A model generated the notes under the pieces. It searched no databases. It had not been told where the DNA came from and saw only the letters and a program-made list of their open reading frames with translations. Position numbers and translations under genes: made by a program. Positions 1 to 9,191 of a stretch of DNA of 41,651 bases are shown here, one piece after another. Source of the stretch: an uncultured Muribaculaceae bacterium. Its GTDB lineage: Bacteria > Bacteroidota > Bacteroidia > Bacteroidales > UBA932. How positions within the stretch are numbered: position 1 is the first letter of the stretch; each line of letters begins with the position of its first letter. The DNA lies in NCBI GenBank assembly GCA_964440865.1, contig CAYTXA010000001.1, positions 8,781-50,431 of the forward strand. Reading direction: 5' to 3'.

Positions 1-59
1 AACTGGACGCCAAAGATAGCTATTATTCCAGTTCTTTTCACTAAATTCGTGAACATTCT

Positions 60-665
60 ATGGAAAATGACCAGTACATATCGATAGCCGGCAGGGGCGA
101 GGGAATCTACAAGGACCGCGGCAGCAAGTTCATAGCCGTTGCCATGCCCGCGTCGACGGAGGAGGAGGCGCGGTCGTGTCTGGACGAGGTCAGGAGCGTC
201 TATCATGACGCCCACACGAAGGCATATGCCTGGAGGATCGGCAGGGATGGGGAGACATGGAAAGTGAACGATGACGGCGAGCCCTCCGGAAGCGCCGGCA
301 GGCAGATTCTCGGGCAGATGATGTCGAGGAGCCTTTCCGATGTAATAGTCGTGGTTGTGCGCTATTTCGGCGGCACTAAGCTCGGCATCCCGGGGCTCAT
401 CAAGGCATTCAAGACCTCCAGCGCCGATGCTCTGGACAGCGCGGGAACGGTGGTGAAGACTGTGACAAGACGCTTCCGCATCAGTTTCGGATACATGGAG
501 ATGAATGACGTGATGAAAGTGCTGAAGGACCTGTCGCTTCGGCCGGAAAAACAGGATTTCGGAGAAGCATGCTCGCTGGAAGCATCCGTGCGCGAGGCGT
601 CGGTCGGGGAGCTGGAGCGTAGGCTTGGTTTCGTCGAAGGCGCCGTCGTTGAAGAAATTCTCTGA
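60..665 (+). CDS. yigZ: YigZ/IMPACT family protein
   Basis: Contains KDRGSKFIA, DDGEPSGSAG and VVRYFGGTKLGIPGLI, the UPF0029/IMPACT motifs. Confidence 0.9.
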   Translation: MENDQYISIAGRGEGIYKDRGSKFIAVAMPASTEEEARSCLDEVRSVYHDAHTKAYAWRIGRDGETWKVNDDGEPSGSAGRQILGQMMSRSLSDVIVVVVRYFGGTKLGIPGLIKAFKTSSADALDSAGTVVKTVTRRFRISFGYMEMNDVMKVLKDLSLRPEKQDFGEACSLEASVREASVGELERRLGFVEGAVVEEIL

Positions 666-693
666 AACGATATCAAAATCAATATATTTTTAC

Positions 694-701
694 TATATTT
701 G
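694..701 (+). promoter_or_regulatory. Bacteroidota primary-sigma -7 box (TAnnTTTG) upstream of serC
   Basis: TATATTTG in an AT-rich intergenic gap, 53 nt before the serC ATG. Confidence 0.65.
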
Positions 702-754
702 GAATCCAAAAGAAAAATTAAAACCAGAACACACTAACAATAACCAAATCGATC

Positions 755-1828
755 ATGAAAAAAGTTCATGTTTTCTATGCCGGTCCCTGCCTTCTCCCTA
801 AGGAAGCGATCGACAACACGATTGAGGCAATGAAAGACTTTGCCGGAACAGGAGTTTCCCTCCTTTCGATTTCCCACAGGACAAAGGAATGGGAGGCCGT
901 GATGGACGAAACCCGCCAGAACTGGCGTGACCTCCTGCACATCCCGGATGACTATGAGGTAGTCTTCCTCGGCGGCGGTGCCAGTCTCCAGTTCCTTTAT
1001 GTAGCCATGAACTATCTTGAGCACAAGGCTGCCTACCTTGACACCGGCACATGGGCCCACAAGGCTCTCGTGGAGGCCCAGGGCATCGGCGAGGCTTATG
1101 CGATTGCCTGCTCCAAGGACAAGAACTACACCTACATCCCGAAGGGATTCGAGATTCCGACGGATATCGACTATCTGCACATCACTACCAACAACACCAT
1201 CTACGGTACCGAGATCCGCAAGGATATCGACTGCCCTGTTCCCCTTATCGCGGACATGTCTTCCGATATCATGAGCCGTCCCGTCGATGTCAGCAAGTAC
1301 ACCATGATCTACGGCGGTGCCCAGAAGAATGTCGGCCCTGCCGGCGTCATCTTCGCGATCATCAAGAAGGATTCTCTCGGCAAGGTAAGCCGCCATATCC
1401 CGACGATGCTCGACTACTCGACCCATATCAAGAAAGGCTCCATGTTCAACACTCCTCCCGTCGGCAACATCTTCGTCATGAACGAGACCCTGAAGTGGAT
1501 CAAGGCCAACGGCGGCGTTGAGGGAATGGAGAAACGCGACAAGGCCAAGGCAGATCTCCTCTACGGGGAAATCGACCGCAACTCCATGTTCGTAGGAACA
1601 GCTGCAAAGGAGGACCGTTCGAGGATGAACGTCTGCTTCGTGATGGCTCCCGGCCGCGAGGAACTGAATGACAAGTTCTTCGAGTTCGCCACCGAAAGGG
1701 GCATGGTCGGCATCAAGGGCCACCGCAGCGTCGGCGGATTCCGCGCATCTCTCTACAATGCATGCTCCCTCGAGGACGTACAGGCTCTCGTGGACTGCAT
1801 GGAGGATTTCGAGAAACAGTACAAATAA
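755..1828 (+). CDS. serC: Phosphoserine aminotransferase
   Basis: Motifs [41 protein letters not shown] (PLP lysine), SMFNTPP and [15 protein letters not shown]. Confidence 0.97.
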   Translation: MKKVHVFYAGPCLLPKEAIDNTIEAMKDFAGTGVSLLSISHRTKEWEAVMDETRQNWRDLLHIPDDYEVVFLGGGASLQFLYVAMNYLEHKAAYLDTGTWAHKALVEAQGIGEAYAIACSKDKNYTYIPKGFEIPTDIDYLHITTNNTIYGTEIRKDIDCPVPLIADMSSDIMSRPVDVSKYTMIYGGAQKNVGPAGVIFAIIKKDSLGKVSRHIPTMLDYSTHIKKGSMFNTPPVGNIFVMNETLKWIKANGGVEGMEKRDKAKADLLYGEIDRNSMFVGTAAKEDRSRMNVCFVMAPGREELNDKFFEFATERGMVGIKGHRSVGGFRASLYNACSLEDVQALVDCMEDFEKQYK

Positions 1829-1837
1829 CAGGCAGTC

Positions 1838-2758
1838 ATGAAAGTTCTTGTTGCAACACAGAAGCCCTTTGCCGCAGTTGCGGTCGAGGGCATAAAGAAA
1901 ATACTCGGCGAGGCAGGACATGAAGTTGTCATGCTCGAGAAATATGCAGACGAAGATGCCCTCAGGAAGGCAGTCGGCGACGTCAACGCAATGATCGTCC
2001 GTTCCGACAAGATCACCCCCGCAGTCCTCGATGCTGCTCCCGCCCTGAAGATCATCGTCCGTGCCGGCGCAGGCGTCGATTCCATCGATCTTGCTGCCGC
2101 AAAGGAGCGTGGCGTGGTTGTCATGAACACGCCCGGCCAGAATGCCAACGCTGTCGCGGAGCTCGTCCTCTGCATGATGATCTACATGAGCCGCAACCAG
2201 TTCACTCCCGGAACCGGCACGGAACTTCTCGGAAAGAAGCTCGGTGTCCAGGCATATGGCCATGTGGGCCGTCTCGTGGGCGAGAAGGCAAAGGCTCTCG
2301 GAATGGAGGTCCTCGCAGTGGATCCATATATCCCGGCAGACAAGATCAGGGAAATGGGTGCTACTCCGGTCTCAACGGCCGAGGAGCTCTACGAGAAGAG
2401 CGATTTCGTCTCCATCCATACTCCTGCAACTCCCGAGACCATAGGTTCGATCGGCTATGACCTCATCACGAAGCTCCCGAAGGGAGGCTGCCTGCTCAAT
2501 GCTGCGCGCAAGGAGGTCATCGACGAGGCTGGCCTGAAGAAGGCTCTCGAGGAGAGGACAGACCTGAAATACTGCGCTGACCTTGCTCCGGACAACTATG
2601 CTGCCCTGAAGGAGGAATTCGGCAACCGCATATTCGCTACTCCCAAGAAAATGGGTGCCCAGACTGCGGAGGCGAACATAAACGCCGGTCTTGCCGCGGC
2701 CCGTCAGATCGTGGATTATTTCGCAACGGGAAACACTCGTTTCCAGGTAAACAAATAG
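1838..2758 (+). CDS. serA: D-3-phosphoglycerate dehydrogenase, short form without ACT domain
   Basis: Motifs RAGAGVDSID, VMNTPGQNANAVAE and LLNAAR; 306 aa; directly downstream of serC. Confidence 0.9.
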   Translation: MKVLVATQKPFAAVAVEGIKKILGEAGHEVVMLEKYADEDALRKAVGDVNAMIVRSDKITPAVLDAAPALKIIVRAGAGVDSIDLAAAKERGVVVMNTPGQNANAVAELVLCMMIYMSRNQFTPGTGTELLGKKLGVQAYGHVGRLVGEKAKALGMEVLAVDPYIPADKIREMGATPVSTAEELYEKSDFVSIHTPATPETIGSIGYDLITKLPKGGCLLNAARKEVIDEAGLKKALEERTDLKYCADLAPDNYAALKEEFGNRIFATPKKMGAQTAEANINAGLAAARQIVDYFATGNTRFQVNK

Positions 2759-2762
2759 TGCC

Positions 2763-4007
2763 ATGGGAGTGAGAGTCAAGCCTTTTGCAGCGGTTAGGCC
2801 GCCGAAGTCCCTTGTGACTGAGGTTGCAGCTCCGCCCTATGATGTCCTCGACAGCGAAGAAGCCAAGGAAATGGCAGGGGAGAAGTCCCTTCTCCATATC
2901 ACGAAGCCGGAGATAGACTTCGACCCCATCCTTCCCGACCATGACCAGAGGGTCTACGACGAGGCTGTCAGGAATTTCAAGGAGTGGCGCCAGAAGGGAT
3001 GGCTGGTGCAGGATCCTGAGGAATACTACTATGTCTATGCCCAGACGATGGGCGAGCGTACGCAGTATGGTATCGTCCTGTGCGCCAACACGGACGACTA
3101 CATGACAGGCAAGATCAAGAAGCATGAGCTTACCCGCAAGGAGAAGGAAGACGACCGCATGATCCATGTCCGTATCCAGAATGCGAACATCGAGCCGGTT
3201 TTCTTTGCCTACAAGGACAACAGCGAGCTTCGCGACATCATGATGAAGGCTGCGGCGGGCGAGCCCGAGTACAGCTTCATCGACGAGAACAATTTCGGCC
3301 ACAGGTTCTGGGTAATCCGTGACCGCAAGACCATAGACCGCATCACCGAGCTGTTCTCGACCCAGGTCGACGCCTTCTATGTCGCTGACGGTCACCATCG
3401 TACGGCTGCCGCCGCCAGGGTCGGAGCCGAGAAGAAGGCTGCCAATCCGCACCATACCGGCAACGAGGAGTACAACTTCTTCATGGCCGTATGCTTCCCG
3501 GAGAGCGAGCTGAAGATCATGGACTACAACAGGGTCGTGAAGGATCTCAACGGATTCGGCGAGGCGGATTTCGTGGAGGCTCTGAAGAAGGATTTCGATG
3601 TTGTGGAGAAGGGGAGCGGAATCTATACTCCTGACCATCTCCACAATTTCTCGATGTATCTTGGCGGGAAGTGGTATAGCCTTGAGGCAAAGCCCGGCCG
3701 CTATGACGACAGCGATCCTATCGGAGTGCTCGATGTGACTGTCCTTTCGAATCTCGTTCTCGACAAGCTGCTGGGAATCAAGGATCTGCGTACGGACAAG
3801 AGGATAGATTTCGTCGGCGGTATCCGTGGACTTGGCGAGCTGAAGCGTCGTGTCGACAGCGACGAGATGAAAGTCGCCTTTGCGCTCCATCCCGTATCCA
3901 TGAGCCAGCTGATCAACATAGCCGACAGCGGCAAGATCATGCCTCCGAAGACCACCTGGTTCGAGCCGAAGCTCCGCTCCGGTCTCGCAATCCACCTCCT
4001 CGGCTAG
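2763..4007 (+). CDS. DUF1015 family protein
   Basis: Motifs PPYDV, IKKHELTR, YVADGHHR and MPPKTTWFEPKLRSGL; third gene of the serC-serA operon. Confidence 0.9.
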   Translation: MGVRVKPFAAVRPPKSLVTEVAAPPYDVLDSEEAKEMAGEKSLLHITKPEIDFDPILPDHDQRVYDEAVRNFKEWRQKGWLVQDPEEYYYVYAQTMGERTQYGIVLCANTDDYMTGKIKKHELTRKEKEDDRMIHVRIQNANIEPVFFAYKDNSELRDIMMKAAAGEPEYSFIDENNFGHRFWVIRDRKTIDRITELFSTQVDAFYVADGHHRTAAAARVGAEKKAANPHHTGNEEYNFFMAVCFPESELKIMDYNRVVKDLNGFGEADFVEALKKDFDVVEKGSGIYTPDHLHNFSMYLGGKWYSLEAKPGRYDDSDPIGVLDVTVLSNLVLDKLLGIKDLRTDKRIDFVGGIRGLGELKRRVDSDEMKVAFALHPVSMSQLINIADSGKIMPPKTTWFEPKLRSGLAIHLLG

Positions 4008-4032
4008 GCTTGCCCCGGGCGCTAATCTTACT

Positions 4033-4069
4033 GAAGCCGGACAACAATCACATTTGTCCGGCTTCTTTT
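4033..4069 (+). terminator. Intrinsic terminator of the ser operon, in the gap convergent with murA
   Basis: 12-bp perfect stem GAAGCCGGACAA / TTGTCCGGCTTC with a 9-nt loop, followed by TTTT. Confidence 0.8.
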
Positions 4070-4105
4070 GTGGTACTTTGCCGCCGAAAGTCTGGACGGA
4101 CGAAC

Positions 4106-5419
4106 CTAGTCGTCGATGCGGGAGATGCGTGCGCCGAGGGCGTTAAGACGGCCGTCGATGTCCTCGTACCCGCGGTCAATCTGCTCGATGTTGCCGATGA
4201 TGCTTGTCCCCTTTGCGGACATGGCCGCAAGCAGAAGCGCGATACCCGCCCTGATGTCGGGCGAAGACATCTTCCCCGCACGAAGCCTGAAATTGTGGTC
4301 ATGTCCGATGACAACAGCCCTGTGCGGATCGCAGAGGATGATCTGCGCACCCATGTCTATCAGCCTGTCCACGAAGAACAGCCTGCTCTCGAACATCTTC
4401 TGGTGGATCAGCACGCTGCCCCTGCACTGGGTGGCCACGACCAGCATGACACTCAGAAGGTCAGGCGTCAGACCCGGCCATGGAGCATCGGCAATCGTCA
4501 TTATCGACCCATCCATGAACGAATCGATCTCATAGCTTTCCTGCGCCGGCACATAGATGTCGTCCCCCCTCTGCTCGAGGTGTACCCCGAGGCGGCGGAA
4601 CTGCTCCGGGATTATGCCGAGGTTGGAGTAGGACGTGTCCTTGATGGTGATGCTGCTGCGGTTGAGAGCTGCCATGCCGATGAACGAGCCCACCTCGATC
4701 ATGTCCGGAAGTATAATGTGCGATGCCCCGTGGAGCTCGCCTACTCCGTTGATGCTCAGGAGATTGGACCCGATTCCGGATATGTCGGCACCCATGGCGC
4801 ACAGAAGCCTGCAAAGCTGCTGGACATAGGGCTCGCAGGCGGCGTTGTAGATTGTTGTCGTACCCTCCGCCAGGACTGAAGCCATCAGGATGTTGGCAGT
4901 ACCGGTCACGGAAGCCTCGTCGAGTAGCATGAAGCGCCCCTGTAGACGCCCGCCGCTCGAAAGCCGGAACGCCTTGTGCTCTTCTTCATACACCAACGAT
5001 GCCCCAAGAGCCTGGAGCCCGGCAATCTGGGTGTCGACCCTGCGGCGGCCGATCTTGTCCCCGCCTGGCTTGGGGAACCATACGTGCCCGAAGCGGGCAA
5101 GCAGCGGACCGGACACCATGACAGATCCGCGGAGTGCCTTGCAGCGCGAAAGGAAGTCGGCACTTTCGAGATAATCGAGGTCTATGTCATCAGCCTGGAA
5201 TGTATACTCATCCTTCTTCGGGTGGTCAACCTTCACCCCCATGGTCCTGAGCAGGTCGACCAGATTCCTGACGTCCAGGATGTCCGGAACATTGGACATT
5301 GTGACCTTGCTGCTGGTCAGAAGCGTGGCGCAGATGACTTCAAGTGCCTCATTCTTTGCGCCTTGCGGAGTGATTTCGCCACTGAGGGCGTGGCCGCCTT
5401 CTATAACAAACGATGACAT
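4106..5419 (-). CDS. murA: UDP-N-acetylglucosamine 1-carboxyvinyltransferase
   Basis: Motifs GAKNEAL, PGGDKIGRR, SVTGTANI, EPYV, PDMIE and DIRAG. Asp stands at the position of the fosfomycin-reactive Cys (PGGD rather than PGGC). Confidence 0.97.
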   Translation of the reverse strand: MSSFVIEGGHALSGEITPQGAKNEALEVICATLLTSSKVTMSNVPDILDVRNLVDLLRTMGVKVDHPKKDEYTFQADDIDLDYLESADFLSRCKALRGSVMVSGPLLARFGHVWFPKPGGDKIGRRRVDTQIAGLQALGASLVYEEEHKAFRLSSGGRLQGRFMLLDEASVTGTANILMASVLAEGTTTIYNAACEPYVQQLCRLLCAMGADISGIGSNLLSINGVGELHGASHIILPDMIEVGSFIGMAALNRSSITIKDTSYSNLGIIPEQFRRLGVHLEQRGDDIYVPAQESYEIDSFMDGSIMTIADAPWPGLTPDLLSVMLVVATQCRGSVLIHQKMFESRLFFVDRLIDMGAQIILCDPHRAVVIGHDHNFRLRAGKMSSPDIRAGIALLLAAMSAKGTSIIGNIEQIDRGYEDIDGRLNALGARISRIDD

Positions 5420-5422
5420 ACC

Positions 5423-6445
5423 CTATATGATTTCGGCCTCAGGCACGAGCTCTATTGCGAAGCGCTCCTGCACGGAAGCTCTGATTTTCTTTTCCAGTTC
5501 CACGATTTCTTCAGGCCGTGCCTTGCCTGTCGCATTCACGATCACGAGCGGCTGGCTCCATACGCCTGCGTTCCCGCCCCTGTAATTCTTCCACCCGCAG
5601 CGGTCGATGAGCCATGCTGCAGGAATCTTGACTTTGTCCCCGGGCAGGCCGTAATGCGGTACGATCCCTTCGCTTTGGGCGATTCTCTCATATAACTCCT
5701 TGTCCACTACGGGATTGCGGAAAAAGCTTCCCGCGCTCCCGACCTTTGCGGGGTCCGGAAGCTTCTCCCTGCGGATTCCGATTATCACCTCGCGGACCTT
5801 CTCCGGAGTGAGGTCGCTAAGTTCGGTCCCGTCCTTGGCAAGAGAGTCCCTGACTGCCGAAAGGACATTTCCATAGCCGAGACAGGGGCTGTATTCATGG
5901 CTGAGGGAGAATACGACCGCAGTGATGACGTAGCGCCCCTTTCCCTCATGCTTGAACATGGATTCCCTGTAGCCGTACCTGCAATCTTCTTTGCTCAGGA
6001 CGACCTCCTGCAAAGTGCTGGCATCCAGGCACTCAACCCTCTCTATAAGCTCTCCGGCCTCTTTCCCGTATGCCCCGATGTTCTGCACCGCCGCAGCCCC
6101 GACTTCACCGGGAATCAGGGAAAGGTTCTCAGGTCCCCACAGCCCCTTGCCGGCGCACCATGCGCAGAAATCATCCCAGACCATGCCTGCCCCCACGCGG
6201 AGGGAGCCGTCCGGAAGCTCTTCGAGGAAATTTATCCTCGAGTGGAGAATAGTGCCGGGAAAGTCCTTGGTAAAGAGCAGGTTGCTTCCGCCGCCAATCG
6301 GGAAGAAAGGCTGAGGGAATTCGTCCCTTCGGGCAAGGACACCGCGCAGCTCGTCCACGCTGTCATATTCCACGACACACTTCGCGCTCACTTCCATCCT
6401 GAAAGTGTTCATCTCGCGAAGGCTCTTGTCATGGAAAATACGCAT
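5423..6445 (-). CDS. murB: UDP-N-acetylmuramate dehydrogenase
   Basis: Motifs NTF, GGGSNLL, ENLSLIPG.VGAA.VQNIGAYG, YRES.FK, GSAGSFFRNP and KIPAAWLID. Confidence 0.96.
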   Translation of the reverse strand: MRIFHDKSLREMNTFRMEVSAKCVVEYDSVDELRGVLARRDEFPQPFFPIGGGSNLLFTKDFPGTILHSRINFLEELPDGSLRVGAGMVWDDFCAWCAGKGLWGPENLSLIPGEVGAAAVQNIGAYGKEAGELIERVECLDASTLQEVVLSKEDCRYGYRESMFKHEGKGRYVITAVVFSLSHEYSPCLGYGNVLSAVRDSLAKDGTELSDLTPEKVREVIIGIRREKLPDPAKVGSAGSFFRNPVVDKELYERIAQSEGIVPHYGLPGDKVKIPAAWLIDRCGWKNYRGGNAGVWSQPLVIVNATGKARPEEIVELEKKIRASVQERFAIELVPEAEII

Positions 6446-6450
6446 ATCTA

Positions 6451-6458
6451 CAAATATA
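6451..6458 (-). promoter_or_regulatory. -7 box 5 nt upstream of the murB start
   Basis: Minus strand reads TATATTTG-tagat-ATG. Confidence 0.6.
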
Positions 6459-6480
6459 CTGAAAAATCCCGTGCCGACCG

Positions 6481-7107
6481 CTAAAGCCGGCGGAGAAGGG
6501 CAAGCCCATGGCGGAGCGGAAGGATAAGGCTTTCGACTCTCGGGTCGGACGAGGCAAGGTCATTGAACCGTACAATGCCCTGGGTCTGGGCGTCCTGCGG
6601 GACGGGATCCTCATAAGGCTTTCCTCCCCAAAGCACATCGTCCGCAACAATGAGCCCTCCTGGCCTGACAATGCCGACCACGGCAGAGAAGTACTTGTCA
6701 TACTGCCTCTTGTCGGCATCAATGAATACCAGGTCATAGGTTTTCCCGAGCCCCGGGATTGTCTCAAGTGCATCCCCGATGTGGAGGCGGATCCGGGAGG
6801 TGAGCCCTGCACGCCTGAAACCCTCTTCTATCAGGCCGCTCAGCTCTTCGTTGACCTCGAGCGTGTCCAGAAACCCGTCCTCCGGAAGCCCTGAGGCAAG
6901 GCATATTGCCGAATACCCTGTGAACGTGCCTATTTCCAGCACGTTGCGCGCCCCCGTAAGTTCCACCAGCATCTTCAGCAGCTCTCCCTGCACAGGCCCC
7001 GCGAGCATCTGCGGATAGTTGGTCCTGAGGAATGTCTCCCTCTCCAGCCACCGCAGCGCATCGTTCACGGCGGAAGTATGCGTCTCTATGTATTTTTCCC
7101 TGTCCAT
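6481..7107 (-). CDS. Class I SAM-dependent O-methyltransferase (caffeoyl-CoA OMT / Methyltransf_3 type)
   Basis: Motifs LEIGTFTGYSA, DLVFIDADK and GGLIVADDVLW. Confidence 0.9.
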   Translation of the reverse strand: MDREKYIETHTSAVNDALRWLERETFLRTNYPQMLAGPVQGELLKMLVELTGARNVLEIGTFTGYSAICLASGLPEDGFLDTLEVNEELSGLIEEGFRRAGLTSRIRLHIGDALETIPGLGKTYDLVFIDADKRQYDKYFSAVVGIVRPGGLIVADDVLWGGKPYEDPVPQDAQTQGIVRFNDLASSDPRVESLILPLRHGLALLRRL

Positions 7108-7110
7108 GGA

Positions 7111-8373
7111 TCAGACATATATAAGCTTGGAAATGTTCTCTTTCACGAACAGCCTCCGGCACAGCTCCAGGATCTCCCCGGAAGTGACGGACATGAACTG
7201 CTCCCGGATGACCTCGTCCGGAAGGATTCTCCCGGTCTTCAGCAGGTCCCAGCCAAGCGCGAGGCAGAGCGACTCGCCGTTCTCGTTCGCTATTGCCAGC
7301 TGCCCCAGGAATTGCTTCTTTGCCGCAAGAAGACGGCTTTCGCTGAAAGGATGCTCGCGCAACCCGCCAAGAAGCAGGCTTATGGCTCTCAGGCACTTGG
7401 GAAGGTTCTCCTTCTCGCAGCCGAGGGTTATGCACAGGTCTCCGGCATCCGAGTACTGGGAATAGGCGCAGTCGACCCCGTAGACCCATCCGCGCCTTTC
7501 GCGCAGCCTCTCGTTGAGGAGACTGTTCGATGCCGGTCCGCCGAGCATGTTGGAGAGCAGGATCGTGGCAAGCCTGTCGCGGCCCTCGTACGGGGACGGA
7601 GCCTTCACCCCGATTACGGCATTGGCTTCATTGTTGTCCTTGTCCTCGGAAACGTCGAAATGTACGGCTACAGGGTCGTAGAAGAGGGTGCCGTCGTACT
7701 TGTCCCTGACTCCGGCGACCGGAGCTCCGGCGGTGTGGCCTGCGAACACCTTGTCCAGAAAATGCAGAAGCTTCTGCTCCACTTCGCGCGGATCCTCCGG
7801 AGAGACAATCGTAAATGCCATTGCCTCAGGGATGAACCGCGACTCCGTGAATTTCCTAAGGTCGCCGGCCGTTATGCTTCTGACGGATTTCTCCGTTCCG
7901 AGGACTTTCCTCGAAAGAGGATGTCCGGCGAAGAGACGCTCCTCGAACGAATCGAAGATGTCGTCCGAAGGCGAATCCCTGTAGGAGAGAATTTCATCGA
8001 TGACAACCCCTCTTTCCTTCTCGATTTCCGCCTCGGGGAATGCCGGCTCGGTGGCAAGCTCGAGAAGGAGGGAAGCCGCCCGCCAGAGGTCCTCCTTCAG
8101 GACCATAGCATGGACCACGATTTCCTCTCTCGTAGTGTAGGCGTTGAGGTCTCCGCCTAGACGCTCCAGATAGTTGTTGATCGTCCTGGAGCTCTTGTGC
8201 CTCGTGCCCTTGAATATTGTGTGTTCCGTGAAATGGGCGATTCCTTCGGGAAATTTGCCCTCGGAACGGGTTCCGCTCTTTATGCTTAGTGCGCAGTAGG
8301 CGACAGCCTTCCCGCTCTGGGCAATGCCGTAAAGCATGCCGCAGGATGCTCTGCCGCTCAGAAATTCCGCCAT
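7111..8373 (-). CDS. M16 family zinc peptidase (pitrilysin-like)
   Basis: Inverted zinc motif HFTEH (HxxEH), plus LNAYTTRE, EKERGVVIDEI and LRERRGWVY. Confidence 0.9.
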   Translation of the reverse strand: MAEFLSGRASCGMLYGIAQSGKAVAYCALSIKSGTRSEGKFPEGIAHFTEHTIFKGTRHKSSRTINNYLERLGGDLNAYTTREEIVVHAMVLKEDLWRAASLLLELATEPAFPEAEIEKERGVVIDEILSYRDSPSDDIFDSFEERLFAGHPLSRKVLGTEKSVRSITAGDLRKFTESRFIPEAMAFTIVSPEDPREVEQKLLHFLDKVFAGHTAGAPVAGVRDKYDGTLFYDPVAVHFDVSEDKDNNEANAVIGVKAPSPYEGRDRLATILLSNMLGGPASNSLLNERLRERRGWVYGVDCAYSQYSDAGDLCITLGCEKENLPKCLRAISLLLGGLREHPFSESRLLAAKKQFLGQLAIANENGESLCLALGWDLLKTGRILPDEVIREQFMSVTSGEILELCRRLFVKENISKLIYV

Positions 8374-8382
8374 ATGCTGATG

Positions 8383-9153
8383 TTATTTCCGGGAATAGGC
8401 AATCCTCCTGACATCCGATGCCGTGAACCCGCCGCTCCTGTTCTTCCCGTACCAGTAGAGCGCGAGCGTCCCCGTGTCGAAGAGCATCGTGTAGCAATTT
8501 TTCTTTCCGCGTACGACGTAACTGGTCAGGGTCCTGGGCTCGGCCTCCTGCATCATGGCGTCGGCTTCGTCCGAAGAATAGGCCTTCGGATTGTAGTAGG
8601 CCCCGCTTGCAGTGTCCGAAATGTCGGACGGGTCAAACACTACCTGATAATCAGGAACCTTAGACAGCTTTTCGACGATTTTCCCTATGCTTCCGAACCC
8701 GCTGGACAGGGCTCTTGTCATATAGTTCTGGACCGTCACCAGCAGGGCAGGCATGTAGACCGTGACGCGCCCTGACATGTCGGAATCGCTGCAGACGGGA
8801 ATCCTCACCGCCTCGACCATGTCTTCCACCTTCGCCTGCCCGCCTTTCATCAGGGAAAGGAACAGAATTCCCGGCTCATCGTCGTTGCGTGTCGTCACGA
8901 GGAAGTACAGGTCATCCCTCTTGCGGAGAGAACTGAACTCGGAGGTGTCGCAGATCTCGAACGGGGACACGTTCCATGTCGTCCTCGCGGCATCCCTCAG
9001 TGCAGCGTCGAAGAAGTCCCTTCCGGTAAGGACAATCTTGGTCGTGCGGATTGGGAAGTCGCTGATTTTCTCCCTCTTGGTTGTTATCTGGGCCTGGGCC
9101 GCGGCGGCAAGCGACGCCACGGACAGGAGCAGTATGATCAAAAGTTTTCGCAT
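8383..9153 (-). CDS. Hypothetical exported protein
   Basis: N-terminal signal peptide (MRKLLIILLLSVASLAAAAQ); heads the minus-strand run and lies 9 nt from the next gene; no family recognised. Confidence 0.75.
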   Translation of the reverse strand: MRKLLIILLLSVASLAAAAQAQITTKREKISDFPIRTTKIVLTGRDFFDAALRDAARTTWNVSPFEICDTSEFSSLRKRDDLYFLVTTRNDDEPGILFLSLMKGGQAKVEDMVEAVRIPVCSDSDMSGRVTVYMPALLVTVQNYMTRALSSGFGSIGKIVEKLSKVPDYQVVFDPSDISDTASGAYYNPKAYSSDEADAMMQEAEPRTLTSYVVRGKKNCYTMLFDTGTLALYWYGKNRSGGFTASDVRRIAYSRK

Positions 9154-9178
9154 GCCGCTAATTTAAGCAAATTATGCG

Positions 9179-9186
9179 TAAATTTG
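9179..9186 (+). promoter_or_regulatory. -7 box 5 nt upstream of the dnaX start, in a 38-nt divergent gap
   Basis: TAAATTTG-tcagc-ATG; the opposite strand carries a variant TAAATTAG-cggc-ATG for the gene at 9153. Confidence 0.6.
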
Positions 9187-9191
9187 TCAGC

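Noticed and set aside
5545-5565. MurB segment GVWSQPLVIVN looks one residue shorter than the recalled GVxxxQxLV pattern
   Set aside because: It is in frame and cannot be told apart from natural variation without an alignment or reads
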